From Sphaerodactylus townsendi (Eukaryota), in assembly GCF_021028975.2 (NCBI RefSeq), contig NC_059425.1, positions 22,382,001-22,446,000 on the forward strand: a DNA stretch of 64,000 nucleotides, read 5' to 3'. Shown here in pieces: positions 1 through 12,539 of the stretch; position 1 is the first letter of the stretch, and each line of letters begins with the position of its first letter. Position numbers and translations under genes: made by a program. The notes beneath the pieces were generated by a model, which made no database searches, had not been told where the DNA came from, and saw only the letters and a list, made by a program, of their open reading frames with translations.

Positions 1-235
1 GTGGGGAGGGGAAGCGCCACAGCCCCAAAGAGCAAAAATATTGAAGATTTATCAAGGCCACTCATGGACAGCCTGATCTGGATTCCAAACAACTCACGAC
101 TTTCCCAGTCAGGAGTTCCTCACGACTGTGAAATCATCAACACCTCCCAACCCTTTTTCCATGTCCCACAATGCAGTTTCACAATTCAGCCACCCAACAT
201 CAGCTGTGCCTCATCCAAAGCTCCCCACTACCCAC

Positions 236-3200
236 CTTCATCAGCTGGGGATCATCCCCCAACACCGCCCGGGTCATGTGCTGGTAATATTTTTGCAGGT
301 CATCAGTCAATGCCGAGACAGCACTAGGCACTGGAAGAAAAGGAAGAAGGTGTAGTTGGTAGATGTTCTGGAGGCAGTGGCATATTTCCCTAGGGACGAG
401 GGGTACCCTCTGTCCCCAGGCATCACTAATCTGGTCACGTGGGGGCATTAAATCGGCTCCCCACGTGACCAGGAAGACAGTTCCTGCTGCCTCGTCATCT
501 TTGGGTGCCCTAGGACACTACCCCCCCAGCCTTGCCCCCCCAAAGTTCCCAGCCGGCAGTCCCTTCTGCCCTCCCCTCTGGGGAGAGCAGAAACGACTGC
601 CATCCCCCGTCCTCCGAGAACTGCTTTTATAAGCACTGAGGCCAGGGGCGGGGTTTGGAGAGGCATGGCCCTGCCCCCTGAGCCCTGCCCTCTTGACCTC
701 AGTGCTTATAAAAGCAGCTTTTGGAGGATGGGGGACAGCAGTTGTTTCTGTTCTCCCCAGAGGGCAGAAGGGACTTCTCCCAGCTGAGGAAAGCGAGGGG
801 GGGAGGAGCCCCGCGCCCCAAGCGCAGTGAGAGCCTGGAGGAACCAATTTGGCCATCCAGGCCCTATTTTATCTCAATGCGTCTCTGTCTGGAGGAACAG
901 CCTCATAAGGAAGAGATGGACAAGCACTGGCCCTTTCATCCCTTGATCATACAAGGTTACTTTATTTCCCCTTTGTGTGTGTGTGTTGTCAAATTGCAAC
1001 CAACTCAAGGTGACTCCAAGTCCACGGGATTTTCAAGGCAAGGAATAAACAGAGGTGGTTTGCCGTTGCCTTCCTCCAAGCAGCAATCCTGGTCTTCCTC
1101 GGTGGTCTCCCATCCAAGTACCAACCAGGGCTGATCCCACTTAGCTTCCAAGCTCTGACAAGATTGGTCGATGCAGGGCTATCAAGCTGCTCCATCTTTA
1201 TCCTGCCCTTCCTCTATGGAGGAGGCACACATTATTCTCCCACCATTTTATCCTCACAACAACCCTGTGGGGTAGGTTAGTCTGAGAGAGAGCAACTAGG
1301 TCAAAGACATCCAACAAGGTTCATGATACAGGGAGAACTAAAACCTAAATCTAACCAAATCTCATATTGATAACTCCTGTGCTGATGCTTAGAGAAGGAC
1401 ATTGCAGGGCTAGTGTGAGGAGTCTTATTATTGGCCCCAAAGTACGACTTCCTTTGCAAGACATTCAAAATGGCTCTTCCTCATAAGAGGCTTTATTCAC
1501 TGTGTGATAAAAATCTCACGTGTTCACACAAACGCACAGTTCTTGTGCTGTACTTGTGGATTAGAAACAGTAAAACAATTAGGATTTAGCAGGATACAAA
1601 TGAAGCAATAACAGAGTGGGAAATGGAACCACCCAATGACAAGGAAGAAAAATGGTCACATGGCAATCTGCTGCAACTGTCAACACTCAACATCTATTCT
1701 TAAAGGTACACTAAACATTTATGCAAGATCTACTAAATATAGCCATACAGGGAAGCACAGGTCTATCAATCCAGCCGGCTAGGAGGCAGTAGCCACCTTT
1801 TGCAGGTAAGTCGTCCTTCATTCCTCCCAGAGTTTTGAGCACTCCCAACAAGGGACTGGCAATATCCTTTTCTAAACTGCACCAGAGCAGCCCAACAATT
1901 TTCAGACTTCTCTGTCACAGTTAGGAAAGTCTACAACACATGGATCCAGACCCCCATTTACAAGCAGCCCATCCTTGTTATAGCACTAATATAGAGGCAG
2001 CCATTCATACAATGGACTTGCACACCCTCTTACCAGATCCTTGAGGCTCCAGGTTCCCTTTTCCATCCAGGTAAGAGACGTGAACTACAAACAGAGAAAT
2101 AAGCCCACGTCAGCAATCAAGTTGATCAACCGGTTCATTGTCCGGTTCCCCACATCACACTTTCAGTCTGCAAGAATTCACCATTTGTCCACAGAGATCT
2201 ATACTAATTAAACCAGAATCCCTTACAAGGGGGAAAGTATTTCTTCTTCAAGCTAATGGAGATTTATCTCCATGCTTCTTGCAAGACTGACTTTTGCTGA
2301 AAAGAGGATGCTGTTCTTTGTTTTTAAACTGAGCTTCATTTAAATTTCAAAACATGAGAACAGCCCTGGGAGAACACCAGAGGGCCTTCTAACACAGCCT
2401 GTTTCCAGCTGCAACCAAACAAATGTTTTCCAGGGATCCCACAAGTAAGCCAAGAAGCCATCCATTCTGTTGCTTTATCCACAGCAATTGCTTTACCCAC
2501 AGCAAACCACTGAATGTGGAGGCTTGTTTTTATACTTATTTTTAATTGTAGTTCACCTTGAGCAGGACTCTGAAGAAGAGGTATGGAAATATTCTACATA
2601 CATTCATCGAAGCTAACAGCAAATTTATGTTAGTTACTGAAGCATCCAAGAGAACTACAGAAAAAAAATCCGCTTGTTTCACAGAAGAGCTTTTGACTAT
2701 TGCAGATCATGAAAACCATGTGGCTGGTTTTAAAGGAAAGAGGAGTGTCATATCATCTGATTGTTTTGATGTGCAACCTAAACTCTGGACAAGGCATTAC
2801 TATTAGGAGAAACAGAACGGTTTCCAGTTGGCAAAGGTATCAGACAAGGATGTATTTTATCTCCCTAAACGTAGAACGTATCATAAGGAAAGCTGGATTC
2901 GATTTAGGTGAGAGGGTGGATAAAAATACAAACGTAATGGCTACTGTGGAATTACTTGACTTTAAAGTGGGCAATGAGGAAACTGCAGTTGTTCAAGACT
3001 TTCTGTTCCTCGGCTCCATCATCAACCAAATGGGAGGTTGCAACCAAAACATCAAAAAAGGACTGAGGCTGGGACGGCCAGCCATGAAGGAGCTAGAAAA
3101 GATAAGGATATGTCACTGGCAACCAAGATCAAATTCATGCCATAGTATGACCTATTAGTATGTGTAAGTGTGAAAGTTGGACAGTAAACAAACATGACAG

Positions 3201-6200
3201 GAAGAAAGTGGATTCTTTAAAATGTGGTGTTGGAGGAGAATTTTACAGATACCATAGACCGCCAATAAGATAAATCAATGGGTTCTAGATCAAATCAAGC
3301 CTGAACTGTCCCCAGAAGCTAAAATGACTGAGGCTGTCATACTTTGTCCCATTATGATTGGCTAATTGACTTGACTTTTAGGCTGTCCTTCCCTAATGGG
3401 CTTAGGGCATCTTACAACAAAACAATGTTAACACAATAGTACCACATAGTATACTATATATAGTATAGCGCCACATATCCCCTCAAGGGATAACATATTC
3501 ATATTAAAATACTATTCCCACACCCAGGTCTATCACTCATACCTTCATAAGGAAAGAAAAGGGGGAAAGGGACAACAACCAGGAAGGCAAAAGAAAAAGG
3601 AAAAAATGGAAAGTGGTGGCCAAGTTACTTAAGTCCCATTGCTGTCATCAACCATAGGCCTGGCAGAACAGCTCTGAGAAGACAAAGAGTCACTGGAAAA
3701 GACAATAAAGCTAGGAAAAACTGAAGACAGCAAAAAAAGAAAGTCCCAACATGAGATTGATGGATTATATAAAGGAACTCATAGCCCTCAGTTAACAAGA
3801 CCTAAGTAAGACTGTTAGCAATAGGATGTGGGACACACCCTGTGTTTGTGCATTTCAGCCCCATCCTGCAAGAGACGTACCCCTCACAGCTGTCTCAGCA
3901 CAGCCCTTGGGGATGTTGGTTGCCAGAGCCAGCTCCACCAAGTTGACTTCGTGATCCTCCTGGAAATAAAGTTCTCCCTCCTTGATGGCACGGAAAGGAA
4001 GGGCCTCCCACGAAACGTGGCAGCACACATGCACATTACAAGACTTACCCGTCAGCTGCGCTACTGCCAAGCATAGCCGCGGAGCTGTTTTGCATTCTAA
4101 TGGAACAGCCGACCGACGAAAATGAAAAGGCCGTTTATTATCTACCTTTTGACTTATTCATTGACTTCAGTTCAGAATGAAAAAGTATACCCTGTTGGTT
4201 AGATTTATTCATTTAACTGCTTTTGAACAGCAACGGGTTCAGATTAAACAGACCTCAGATTTCCATTATGAACAAAATGTGCTGTCTTAGAAGTGGCAAC
4301 CCCTGATGTTGTCTGCTAAGATGAGTATGTACCTCAAACAGACAGGATGACGTAGAGTGCTGGACTAGGATCTTGAAGTCCCAGATTTGGAAACTTGCTG
4401 GGGGATCTGAGCCAGTCATGCATTCTCAACCTAACCTGCTTCTCAAGGTTGTTATGAGGAGAAAATATAAAAGAGGAGGAGGAGGAGTTTGGATTTATAC
4501 CCCACCCTTCTCTCCTGTAAGGAGACTCAAGGTGGCTTACAAGCTCCTTTCCCTTCCTCTCCCCACAACAGACACCTTGTGAGGTTGTGGGGCTGAGAGA
4601 GTTCAGAGAGAACTGTGACTAGCCCAAGGTCACCCAGCAGGAATGCAGGAGTGCAGAAACACATCTGGTTCACCAGATAAGCCTTTGCCACTCAGGCAAA
4701 GTGGGGAATCAAACCCAATTCTCCAGATTAGAATCCACCTGCTCTTAACCACTACACCACACTGGCTCTGTTGTGAGCCACTTTAGGTCCCCACTGATGA
4801 GAAAAATGGTCTATAAATGAAGTACCGTATATACTTGCATATAAGTCGAATTTTTCAGCACATTTTTTGAGATGAAAAAGCCCCCCTCAACTTATGCCTT
4901 GAGGAGTCAGTTGTATTTTAAAATATTTTTTAAGAGGTTTTACTTTATGCAAGAGCCACTAAGGAGGCTGACAGTTTTCAACCGCTTGTTCTTTTAAAAT
5001 TTCAGGGATTTTTCAAGAGACTCTTCTGATGATATCACCCAAGTTTGGTAAAGTTTGGTTCAAACTTTGGTTTGAAAGTTTGGTTCAAAGGGAGTGCCCC
5101 ATCCCCCACTGTTTCCAATGGGAGCTAATAGTAGATGGGGCTACATTTTGAGGGTCCATAACTTTGAACCCCCCTGAACCAAACTTCACCAAACCTGAGT
5201 GGTATCATCAGGAGGGTCTCCTAAAAATACTCTGAAATGTTGGTACTGCTAACATAGAAGCATTTGTTCCTCCCTGACCAAGAATCCAGTTTTGAAGGAT
5301 TTTAACTCTTGTGTTTAAGGCTTGGTTGCTGGTTGAGCTAAGGTTTTGTAGCTTTTTACCAAGTTATTGTTTGAGACCATATTGTTTTTCTTGACCCCCT
5401 TGCTTCCACTTACAGAGCTAGTTTGCTGTTTTTCTTTGAAATAAATATTCAAAACTTATTTAACCTACTGATTACCTCAATTAATGTACATTTTTTTTAT
5501 TGAGTATCTATTTTTTTTTTTATTTTGAAATTTACCAGTAGCTGCTTGCATTCCCACCCTTTCCAGTGACTTATCACATAAGTCAATAAGTTTTCCCAGT
5601 TTTTTTTGTGAGTAAAATTAGGTTTTGCATTGACTTATGCTGAATGGTCGACTTATACATGAATATATACGGTAAATAATTAAAAACAACAAAGAGTTTT
5701 TTCTTAGTCAAGTCTCTCTCCCACCACAAATTCCCACCAGCTGCCAGCACTGAAAGAAGCAAGGGGTTACATATTAAAATTGCAACACCTCACTGACAAT
5801 CCTATGCACAGTTCCTGCAGTCTAAGCCCACTAGCTTCCAGTGGTCTCAGACTGAGCTTCCTCCCCACAAGATTGCCTTCTCATACCTCAATTTATTCTT
5901 AACACACTTCTGGGAGTGAAGGCTGTCTTGGCAATTCTACATCCAGAAAGAGGTCTCCTCTCCTCCTCCTAATTCCACAGAAGTAAGGATCACACAAGGC
6001 AGCTACATGGCTGCAGACACACCTTGGAAATCCGCAAGAACATCTATGTGAATCTCAACCTTTCCAAAAGCTGCCAGAGTGAACCATTCTGCTTCAGTTC
6101 CTAGCCATCGTCTCTGGGTGAATCACACCAGAGTTTTGAGGCCTGCCACAAAGTCCACATCATTACAAGACGCCTCAGCTGCAGCTAAGTCGGAAGATGG

Positions 6201-9200
6201 TCAAAGAGGAATCATTTGAGGCTTGTCTCATGCTGTGTTTTCAGTCAATGTTCCCTTTCTAATTTTGTTTACAAATTACTAGCAGCCCAATCCAGAAGTG
6301 GGTGGGTAAAAGTGCTTTTGGAGCTGGTGTAGGGTCACGTCAGCATGGGTACCCACCCCAGTGGTGTAAGGGGCACTTATGCCACCAGGGATTAGGGGTA
6401 AGCACCAATAGGATTATGGGTAAGAACCACAGAGCTCAGCAACATCTGACCCAGAACAGAGCCTGGTTCCTAGGGCTGCATTGGTGTCCAGGAGGATGCC
6501 AGCATGGCTGGGGGCCAATCCCCCAGTAGAGTCACCATTCACGCCAATAACACCCTCAGTGCTGCTCTCAGACTTACACCACAAAAACAGTGGCATAAGT
6601 CTGTTTCAACTATGGGGCTCTTCAAGTGGCAGGAGGGATTCTGAATTTCCCTACTGCCTGCACACTCAAATTGCTTGGAGGCTGACATGACACCCGACTT
6701 CACTGTGCTGTCTCTGAACTCAGCACAGCTCCTTCTGGGTTGCACTGTAAGGAGTAATTCTTGACTATATACACTGTACTTTTCTTACTGGGTTGTTTTT
6801 TTTAGCTGTGATCCACCTGGAGTCCCAATAAGACAGATTATAAGAAGAGTTTGGATTTATACCCCACCTTTCTCTCCTGTAAGGAAACTCAACGTGGTTT
6901 ACAAACTCCTTTCCCTTCCTCTCCCCACAACAGACACCTTGTGAGGCAGGTGGGGCTGAGAAGTTCGAAGAACTGTGACTGGCCCAAAGGTCACCCAGCA
7001 GGGAATGTCTGAGTCTTGAGCATCCCGTTCTGAATTTCACCAGATAAGCCTCTGCTACTCAGGTGGAGGAGTGGGGAATCAAACCTGGCTCTCCAGATTA
7101 GAATCCACCTGCTGTTAACCACTACACCATGCTCGCCCTAAAGTAACTAAACTAACTAAAATAATTAAACACTTGTTTATTTTTTTAAAAAAAATATGCT
7201 CCATAAGGAACCTGCCCTGCCTGAGAAGGCTTACAAAATGAAACGGAAGAGAAACGTCACATTAAAAATCATCAGTTAAAATTCTCAAGCCCACCTCCAC
7301 GTTGCTCCAGCGTAGTGCTCGGTTGAAGTCCTCCACTGTCAGCTTCCGCCGTTTGGTGTGCTTCATGAACTGGGAACTGTTCTGAGGGCCAGGAAAGAAA
7401 CAATATCCTTTTGAAACAATTAAAATCTAATTGGGTAAACCGCAAAACCGTAAAAACCCAGCAGTTAAAATCAGTAAAGGTTGAAAGAAAAACAAAACTT
7501 AATTTAAAAAAAGTTTCCAACTAGCATCTAAAACTCAGCAATGTAGACATCTGTGCAAATGAGTCTGCAGAGGGAATTCAGTAAAGAGATGGTGCCACAA
7601 CAGAGAAGACCCCATTTCTGGAAGGCACCAACATGGCCTCTGAAGTTGGAGACTCATGCAACAAGGCCTCTGATCTTAAACAATGAAAGAGCTCTGTGTG
7701 GAGAAATGCTGGTCGTTCAAATATCCTAGTTCCAGCTCTTTAAATGCAAAAAAACAGGACTCTAAGTAGTCCCTTGAAACAAAGTGATAATCAGTGAAGC
7801 TGTTTAAGTCATTGACAGATGCGCTTCATCTTATTTCACCAGACCAACTTTGTCCTCACCTTCACTTCATCATCATGACCAACAATCTTCACCAGCTCTC
7901 TCAGATAGAATATCTGACGCTGACTTATAATCACATCACATTATGGGTGCTTCTAATCCTGCACCATCTATTCTAACAAGTGTGCCAAAGTCTCAGGCAC
8001 TCACTATTTCTGAGGACTGGAAATCTGAGATCCTTCAAACTGGAAGGACCACATTTGTATATAGATAGCACAGACAACAGAGTGATATGTGCCTGAAAAC
8101 ACCTGTGGTCTGGCGAAGCACTTTGTCAGTAGATAGCAATAAATAGAACTGCACTGGTGACTGTGTGTCTGTCAGTTCTTGTCTACATTGCGTCCTGCAA
8201 GGTGGTCTACTCCGAGTAAATCCGCTGCTTCAACAATAGCAGGAACAGAACCTGTTACCTTCTGCATGCAGCACAGGTGCCCCACCTCTGAGCCACGATC
8301 ACATGAAGATGTCACTCGTCATTTGGCCCACCACTGCCTACTCTGTCTGGCAGCAGATCTCCAGGGTTTCACCCTGGATCTTTCCTAGATTCTACCCAGA
8401 TCCCTTATTGTGGATCCTTTTGAATTGGAGATGCTAAGAACACAGTCGAGGAAATTCTGCACTCCAAGCAGGAACTCTACGATTGGCCTTCTGTGCTCCA
8501 AAGCAACCAATCTGCTATTAAGGAGTGGCGGGGGGAGCCTTGGGCTCCCCCCAATCCTAGACCTGTATTCATAGCCCTTCCCAGAATGCAGCATTCCATG
8601 TCCTGCCACCAGGAGTGCCCTTGGTCAGAACCTGCATGGCCTTCCTGATGTCTTCTAGGCACAGTCGCTCCTGGAAGTTTTTAATGTATGTAACCAGGAA
8701 CAGCCCTGTTTATCTTTCTGCCTCGTCCTGCATCTCTCCAGACACTTGGATCAGACCAGCCAGTGAACCTTCAATCATTCCAGGAGTCAACCTGGACAGT
8801 GACAATTCTTTGAAAATGATGCTCTTGGGAAAATGAGACAGAAGTGCTTAGAATTATTACTATTTTCATGACCAACATCTGTTTGCTTATATTCTCAAAT
8901 GGCCTTTTCTGCCCACCAGCAGCCACCTTCAAGTGGCAATTCAAAGATCATAAAGTGCGTCTGAAGGTCAGTAAAATAATGGTATTTTCATTAGCTTATC
9001 TCATTCCTTGCTTTTGGTCATGTATTTGTTTTTCAGCATATTATTTTATTTATGTATTTACTTCATTTATACCCTGCTGTTCTACCCAATGGGGACCCAA
9101 AGCAGCTTATATCATACTCAGCTCCTCCATTTTATCCACACAACAACCTTGTGAGGTAGGTTGAGCTGAGAGTCTGAGACTGGCCCGAAGTCACCCAGCA

Positions 9201-9778
9201 GGCTTCCGTGGCAGAGTGGGAGTTCAATCTTTGACTCTCCCAATTCCTAGCCTCACACTCTAATGCAGGGGTGTCCAACTCTGACACTTCAGAGGTTCAT
9301 GGACTACAATTCCCATTAGCCTGATGGAAATGGCTGATGGGAATTGTAGTCCATGAACATCTGAAGCGCCAAAGTTGGACATCTCTGCTCTAATGATTAG
9401 TTTAGCATTATCAAAAGTTTAATTTTGTCTTTTATGCTTGAAAAAACAATAGTCCCCAGAACTGAGGCTACGTTCTAGGAAAAGGATGTTCTTTTGGACA
9501 CCCCAGGATGAGGAGCTAGTCAGCAGCAGCAGACATTCAGGGGGAGGTGCAGGAATGATTCCTCTATTCCCTGCCCTCCCTTAAGATGCTCTTATGGAGC
9601 TCCTCCCTCACCCGGTGTACGCTTCACCATGAAGCGGTAACAAGCGTCCTCACGACCAACAGGGGCAGGCCACCTCATCCGTCAGCTCCAACGCCAGTGC
9701 CTCCTCTCACCTTAAAAGTCGAACCCGATTCTGTGGAATCTCCACAGAAAGCGAAGCGTTCCTCACAACTCCCGACAT
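236..9778 (-). CDS. TAF6L: TAF6-like RNA polymerase II p300/CBP-associated factor-associated factor 65 kDa subunit 6L (5' coding exons; gene continues beyond left edge)
   Basis: Minus-strand exons: 9778-9612 (ATG exon, indel-corrupted MSEREERRFVEIP...EATQ), 7381-7295 (NSSQFMKHTKRRKLTVEDFNRALRWSNVE), ~4031-3881 (EALPFRAIKEGELYFQEDHEVNLVELALATNIPKGCAETAVR; acceptor not visible), 2084-2034 (VHVSYLDGKGNLEPQGS), 330-236 (VPSAVSALTDDLQKYYQHMTRAVLGDDPQLMK). GT-AG junctions and phases agree for the clean exons; peptides match recalled vertebrate TAF6L. Confidence 0.93.
559..775. repeat. Long imperfect inverted repeat (probable core of a non-autonomous DNA transposon)
   Basis: Perfect 21-bp arms CTGCTTTTATAAGCACTGAGG (621-641) and its reverse complement (697-717), with imperfect outer arms. 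Confidence 0.65.
983..1190 (-). mobile_element. 5S rRNA-derived SINE with Sauria/RTE-type tail
   Basis: Reverse complement contains 5S-like GGAAGCTAAG...GGTTGGTACTTGGATGGGAGACC followed by GGCAACGGCAAACCACCTCTG tail; other copies at ~36255-36900, ~46950-47135 and ~56520-56700. Confidence 0.8.
2560..3830 (+). mobile_element. Degraded RTE/BovB-like LINE fragment
   Basis: Peptide DFKVGNEETAVVQDFLFLGSIINQMGGCNQNIKKGLRLGRPAMKELEKI resembles the RTE ORF C-terminal region; many stops and frameshifts; related 3' fragment at ~39590-39835. Confidence 0.7.
4474..4768 (-). mobile_element. Squam3-like tRNA-derived SINE
   Basis: tRNA-like head (GTGTAGTGGTTAAGAGCAGGTGGATTCTAATCTGGAG) and ...GGGTATAAATCCAAACTCCTCC tail; nested in an older SINE. 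Confidence 0.8.
4825..5672. mobile_element. Non-autonomous Tc1/mariner (Tigger-like) DNA transposon
   Basis: TIRs CCGTATATACTTGCATATAAGTCGA ... TCGACTTATACATGAATATATACGG flanked by TA duplications. Confidence 0.8.
6843..7131 (-). mobile_element. Squam3-like SINE
   Basis: Same family as 4474-4768. Confidence 0.8.
9266..9387. mobile_element. Palindromic hAT (Charlie-type) MITE
   Basis: TIR CAGGGGTGTCCAAC; perfect 8-bp TSD CTCTAATG; internal GGACTACAATTCCCA inverted pair. Confidence 0.88.
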
Positions 9779-10444
9779 GGTGGCCACAGTGGTGTGGAAG
9801 ACTGACACATGCACAACCACTTGCAGCCTTACTCTGTATATGTATTAGGAACATACAAGAGCAAATCAGACCTAAGGTCCAACAAGATCAATATCTGTTC
9901 CTAACTGTGGCCAAGCAAACATCCACAAACAGAACATGAGGACAATAGCCCTCCTACAGTGTCTAAGATTCAGATTATATACTCCCACTGAACATGGAGG
10001 TTCCATTTAGTCAAAAATCATGGCTAGGCTTCTCCTCTTCTCGGAATAGAAACAAGACTACTACTAGTAGCTAGTATGACATATTCTTTATTACAATTAT
10101 TTATTTAGAACTTTTCTACAGCTATTTTCCTCATAACTCAGGGTCCCCAAAGCACTGGACATTAAAACATTTCAAACATTATGAAATTTAAAACAGCATT
10201 TAAAAGTATATATATTTATATACATAGTTGGTAAGAACACATGCATACAACAATCCCCTCCCCCCCCCCAAGCTTTCACATACTACTGGCAAAAGATCAC
10301 CATAGAGGGAGACAAATTAACCTATGGGTCCAAAGTATTGGCACCATGACCAAGAAACCCTTCCTTGATCATTGCCTCTCAAGGCTCAGATGGTGGGAGT
10401 ACCCAAAGGAGGACCTCGGAAAATGACAGCTGTGGTTGGCTACA

Positions 10445-10552
10445 TTTATATTATAGTATATTATTATATTATATTATTATTATTATTATTAATAATAATA
10501 ATAGAGAAATGATAGAGAAATAACAACAACAACAACAACAACAACAATAATA

Positions 10553-10608
<56 letters not shown>

Positions 10609-10645
10609 AGAGAATAATGATAGAGATAGAGAGTGATAGAGAAAA
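10445..10645. repeat. Compound microsatellite (TAT)n(AAT)n(AAC)n(GAT)n
   Basis: Directly visible trinucleotide arrays. Confidence 0.95.
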
Positions 10646-10649
10646 AACA

Positions 10650-11081
10650 TGTTTGGATCATAGATGTTGCTGGGCCAGTTGACAGCAGGGTAGAGGACAA
10701 AGAGCTGGAAAAGACCACAAAATACTAGGACCACCACAAGATTGAAGTTGGTGCAATTGTGGCAAAAAGAACAACAGTAATCCCACTGAAGTAGTGGAGT
10801 TGCTCTAGGGAGTGAATCCCAAGAAATCTTGAAAAAAAACATCCTGGAAAGCCTAAAAAAACTTGGATAAGAGGAACATCCAGTCCCACATGCTGCAGAA
10901 AGCAACTACTTCTAGGAACTGCACATTATTCTAAGCTAAAATACCTCTAATGTAATATCATATTCTCTACATAAAATACCTCTAATATCATATTCTACGC
11001 AAATACCTCTAATATCCTTGGGAAGGACTCGGGTCCTTGGGAAGGACTCGATATTCAGAGATGAATTCCAGACACTTGTGC
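10650..11081 (+). mobile_element. 3' fragment of R4/Dong-like RLE non-LTR retrotransposon
   Basis: Frameshifted translation ~WIIDVAGPVDSRVEDKELEKTTKY...LQKATTLLGTAHI..KYL*, typical of the R2/R4 restriction-like endonuclease C-terminus; abuts a TAA-rich microsatellite. Confidence 0.6.
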
Positions 11082-11284
11082 NNNNNNNNNNNNNNNNNNN
11101 NNNNNNNNNNNNNNNNNNNNNNNNNNNNNNNNNNNNNNNNNNNNNNNNNNNNNNNNNNNNNNNNNNNNNNNNNNNNNNNNNNNNNNNNNNNNNNNNNNNN
11201 NNNNNNNNNNNNNNNNNNNNNNNNNNNNNNNNNNNNNNNNNNNNNNNNNNNNNNNNNNNNNNNNNNNNNNNNNNNNNNNNNNNN
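11082..11284. other. Assembly gap
   Basis: Run of N. Confidence 1.
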
Positions 11285-11849
11285 CTGAAGGTGCGAGCAG
11301 ATAGTTCTCAAAATATGCTGGCCACAATCCACATATGGCTTTACAGGTTAATATCAACAGGAAACTGGAAGCCTGCACAAATGGAACAAGACTGTAGTAT
11401 TATGGTCTCTATGACCCAAAACTGAAGTTTCCACACAGTCTTCACGATCTATCTGACCACCCCGAGTATCTCACTTTAGGCTGAATTGCAGCAGTGTTAT
11501 TGAACACCCTCCTCCAGTGCCTATTAATCCAAATCCACCCACCCTTTCCTAGCACATGAGTAGTCCCAAAGCCAATTTAAAATATGAAATGGATCTTGCA
11601 AAAAATGGAATCACATAGTGGGAGGGCAAATCCAACCGCACCCGGGAAGGAATTAGCAAGGGAGGCTCCTATCTCCATTATAGGAAAGGGGGGAGTTACC
11701 CAGGGAATGCTTCAGGGGCCCTAAATCGGTTGCATGGAAGAATGCAACAGGATCTCTATGGAGACACTTGGGAGATCCTAGCTGTGCAGAAGGAAAATGG
11801 GATCATGATAAAGGGAGGGGGGGGGGCGCAGGGGACACCATGAAAGATG

Positions 11850-12150
11850 CTCACCGCCCGCTGAAAGACCTCTCCGCTGCGGCTTACTTTGCTGCTGAGC
11901 CAATGAACAACCGCGAAAGGCTCGGCGGGCTCCACTACCCTGCCGCCTGTTTATGACGACATAGTGAGGGCGGAAGCCGGCCTGTGCCAGAACTATGTCA
12001 TGTGATTGCCAACAGTTCTGGGAGGAAGCGCAGTTGGCAGGGTCCCGGGACGGTGTGCGGGCAGTGGCGCATTGTTGCACGGCCGGGATCTTTCCTCTCG
12101 AGTAGGACTCTGCCAGCCAAGCCAACGGCTCGGTTTTTGCTGCGAGCTTC
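11850..12150 (-). promoter_or_regulatory. CpG-island promoter and putative non-coding first exon of TAF6L
   Basis: CpG-dense patch with CCAAT, GC box and GCGGAAG (ETS) motifs; minus-strand donor GCG|GTGAGC with GT at 11854-11853; ~2 kb upstream of the ATG exon. Confidence 0.65.
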
Positions 12151-12539
12151 ACTCCACGGACTCAAGCTGCCTTGAAAACTCCTAGAGGGAAAAGCAGAGT
12201 AACGAGGACCTCTCCGGGTCCCTGGATCGAGCAGTATCCATTGGGGGTCAACTTTCCGAGCAGGCCTGCAAGCCCAATCGTCTGGGCACTGTCTGAAAGT
12301 TATCTCCCCAAACAAAATCATATTTATTTTTAATGAGAATTTTAAAATGTATTTTACACTTCTAGATAACACATACATAGAAAGATAAATAATAAATCCT
12401 AATCTAGTCCCCCCCTCCCCCATAACAACACTAAATGAAGAGAAAAAGAACACATACACAAACCTGCTGCTGTCACTGTCGTGGGAATGGGTCAGGGGAG
12501 GATCTGACTTTAGTTGACTTCCTTCTGGCCATTTGCTGC

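Noticed and set aside
236-9778. Calling TAF6L a pseudogene
   Set aside because: Three exons are pristine with intact splice sites; damage is localised and looks like assembly error
10464-10905. ORFs with poly-Ser/Leu/Ile/Val runs
   Set aside because: Translations of trinucleotide microsatellites
11009-11425. ORFs spanning N runs (also 28181-28590)
   Set aside because: Open only because of assembly gaps
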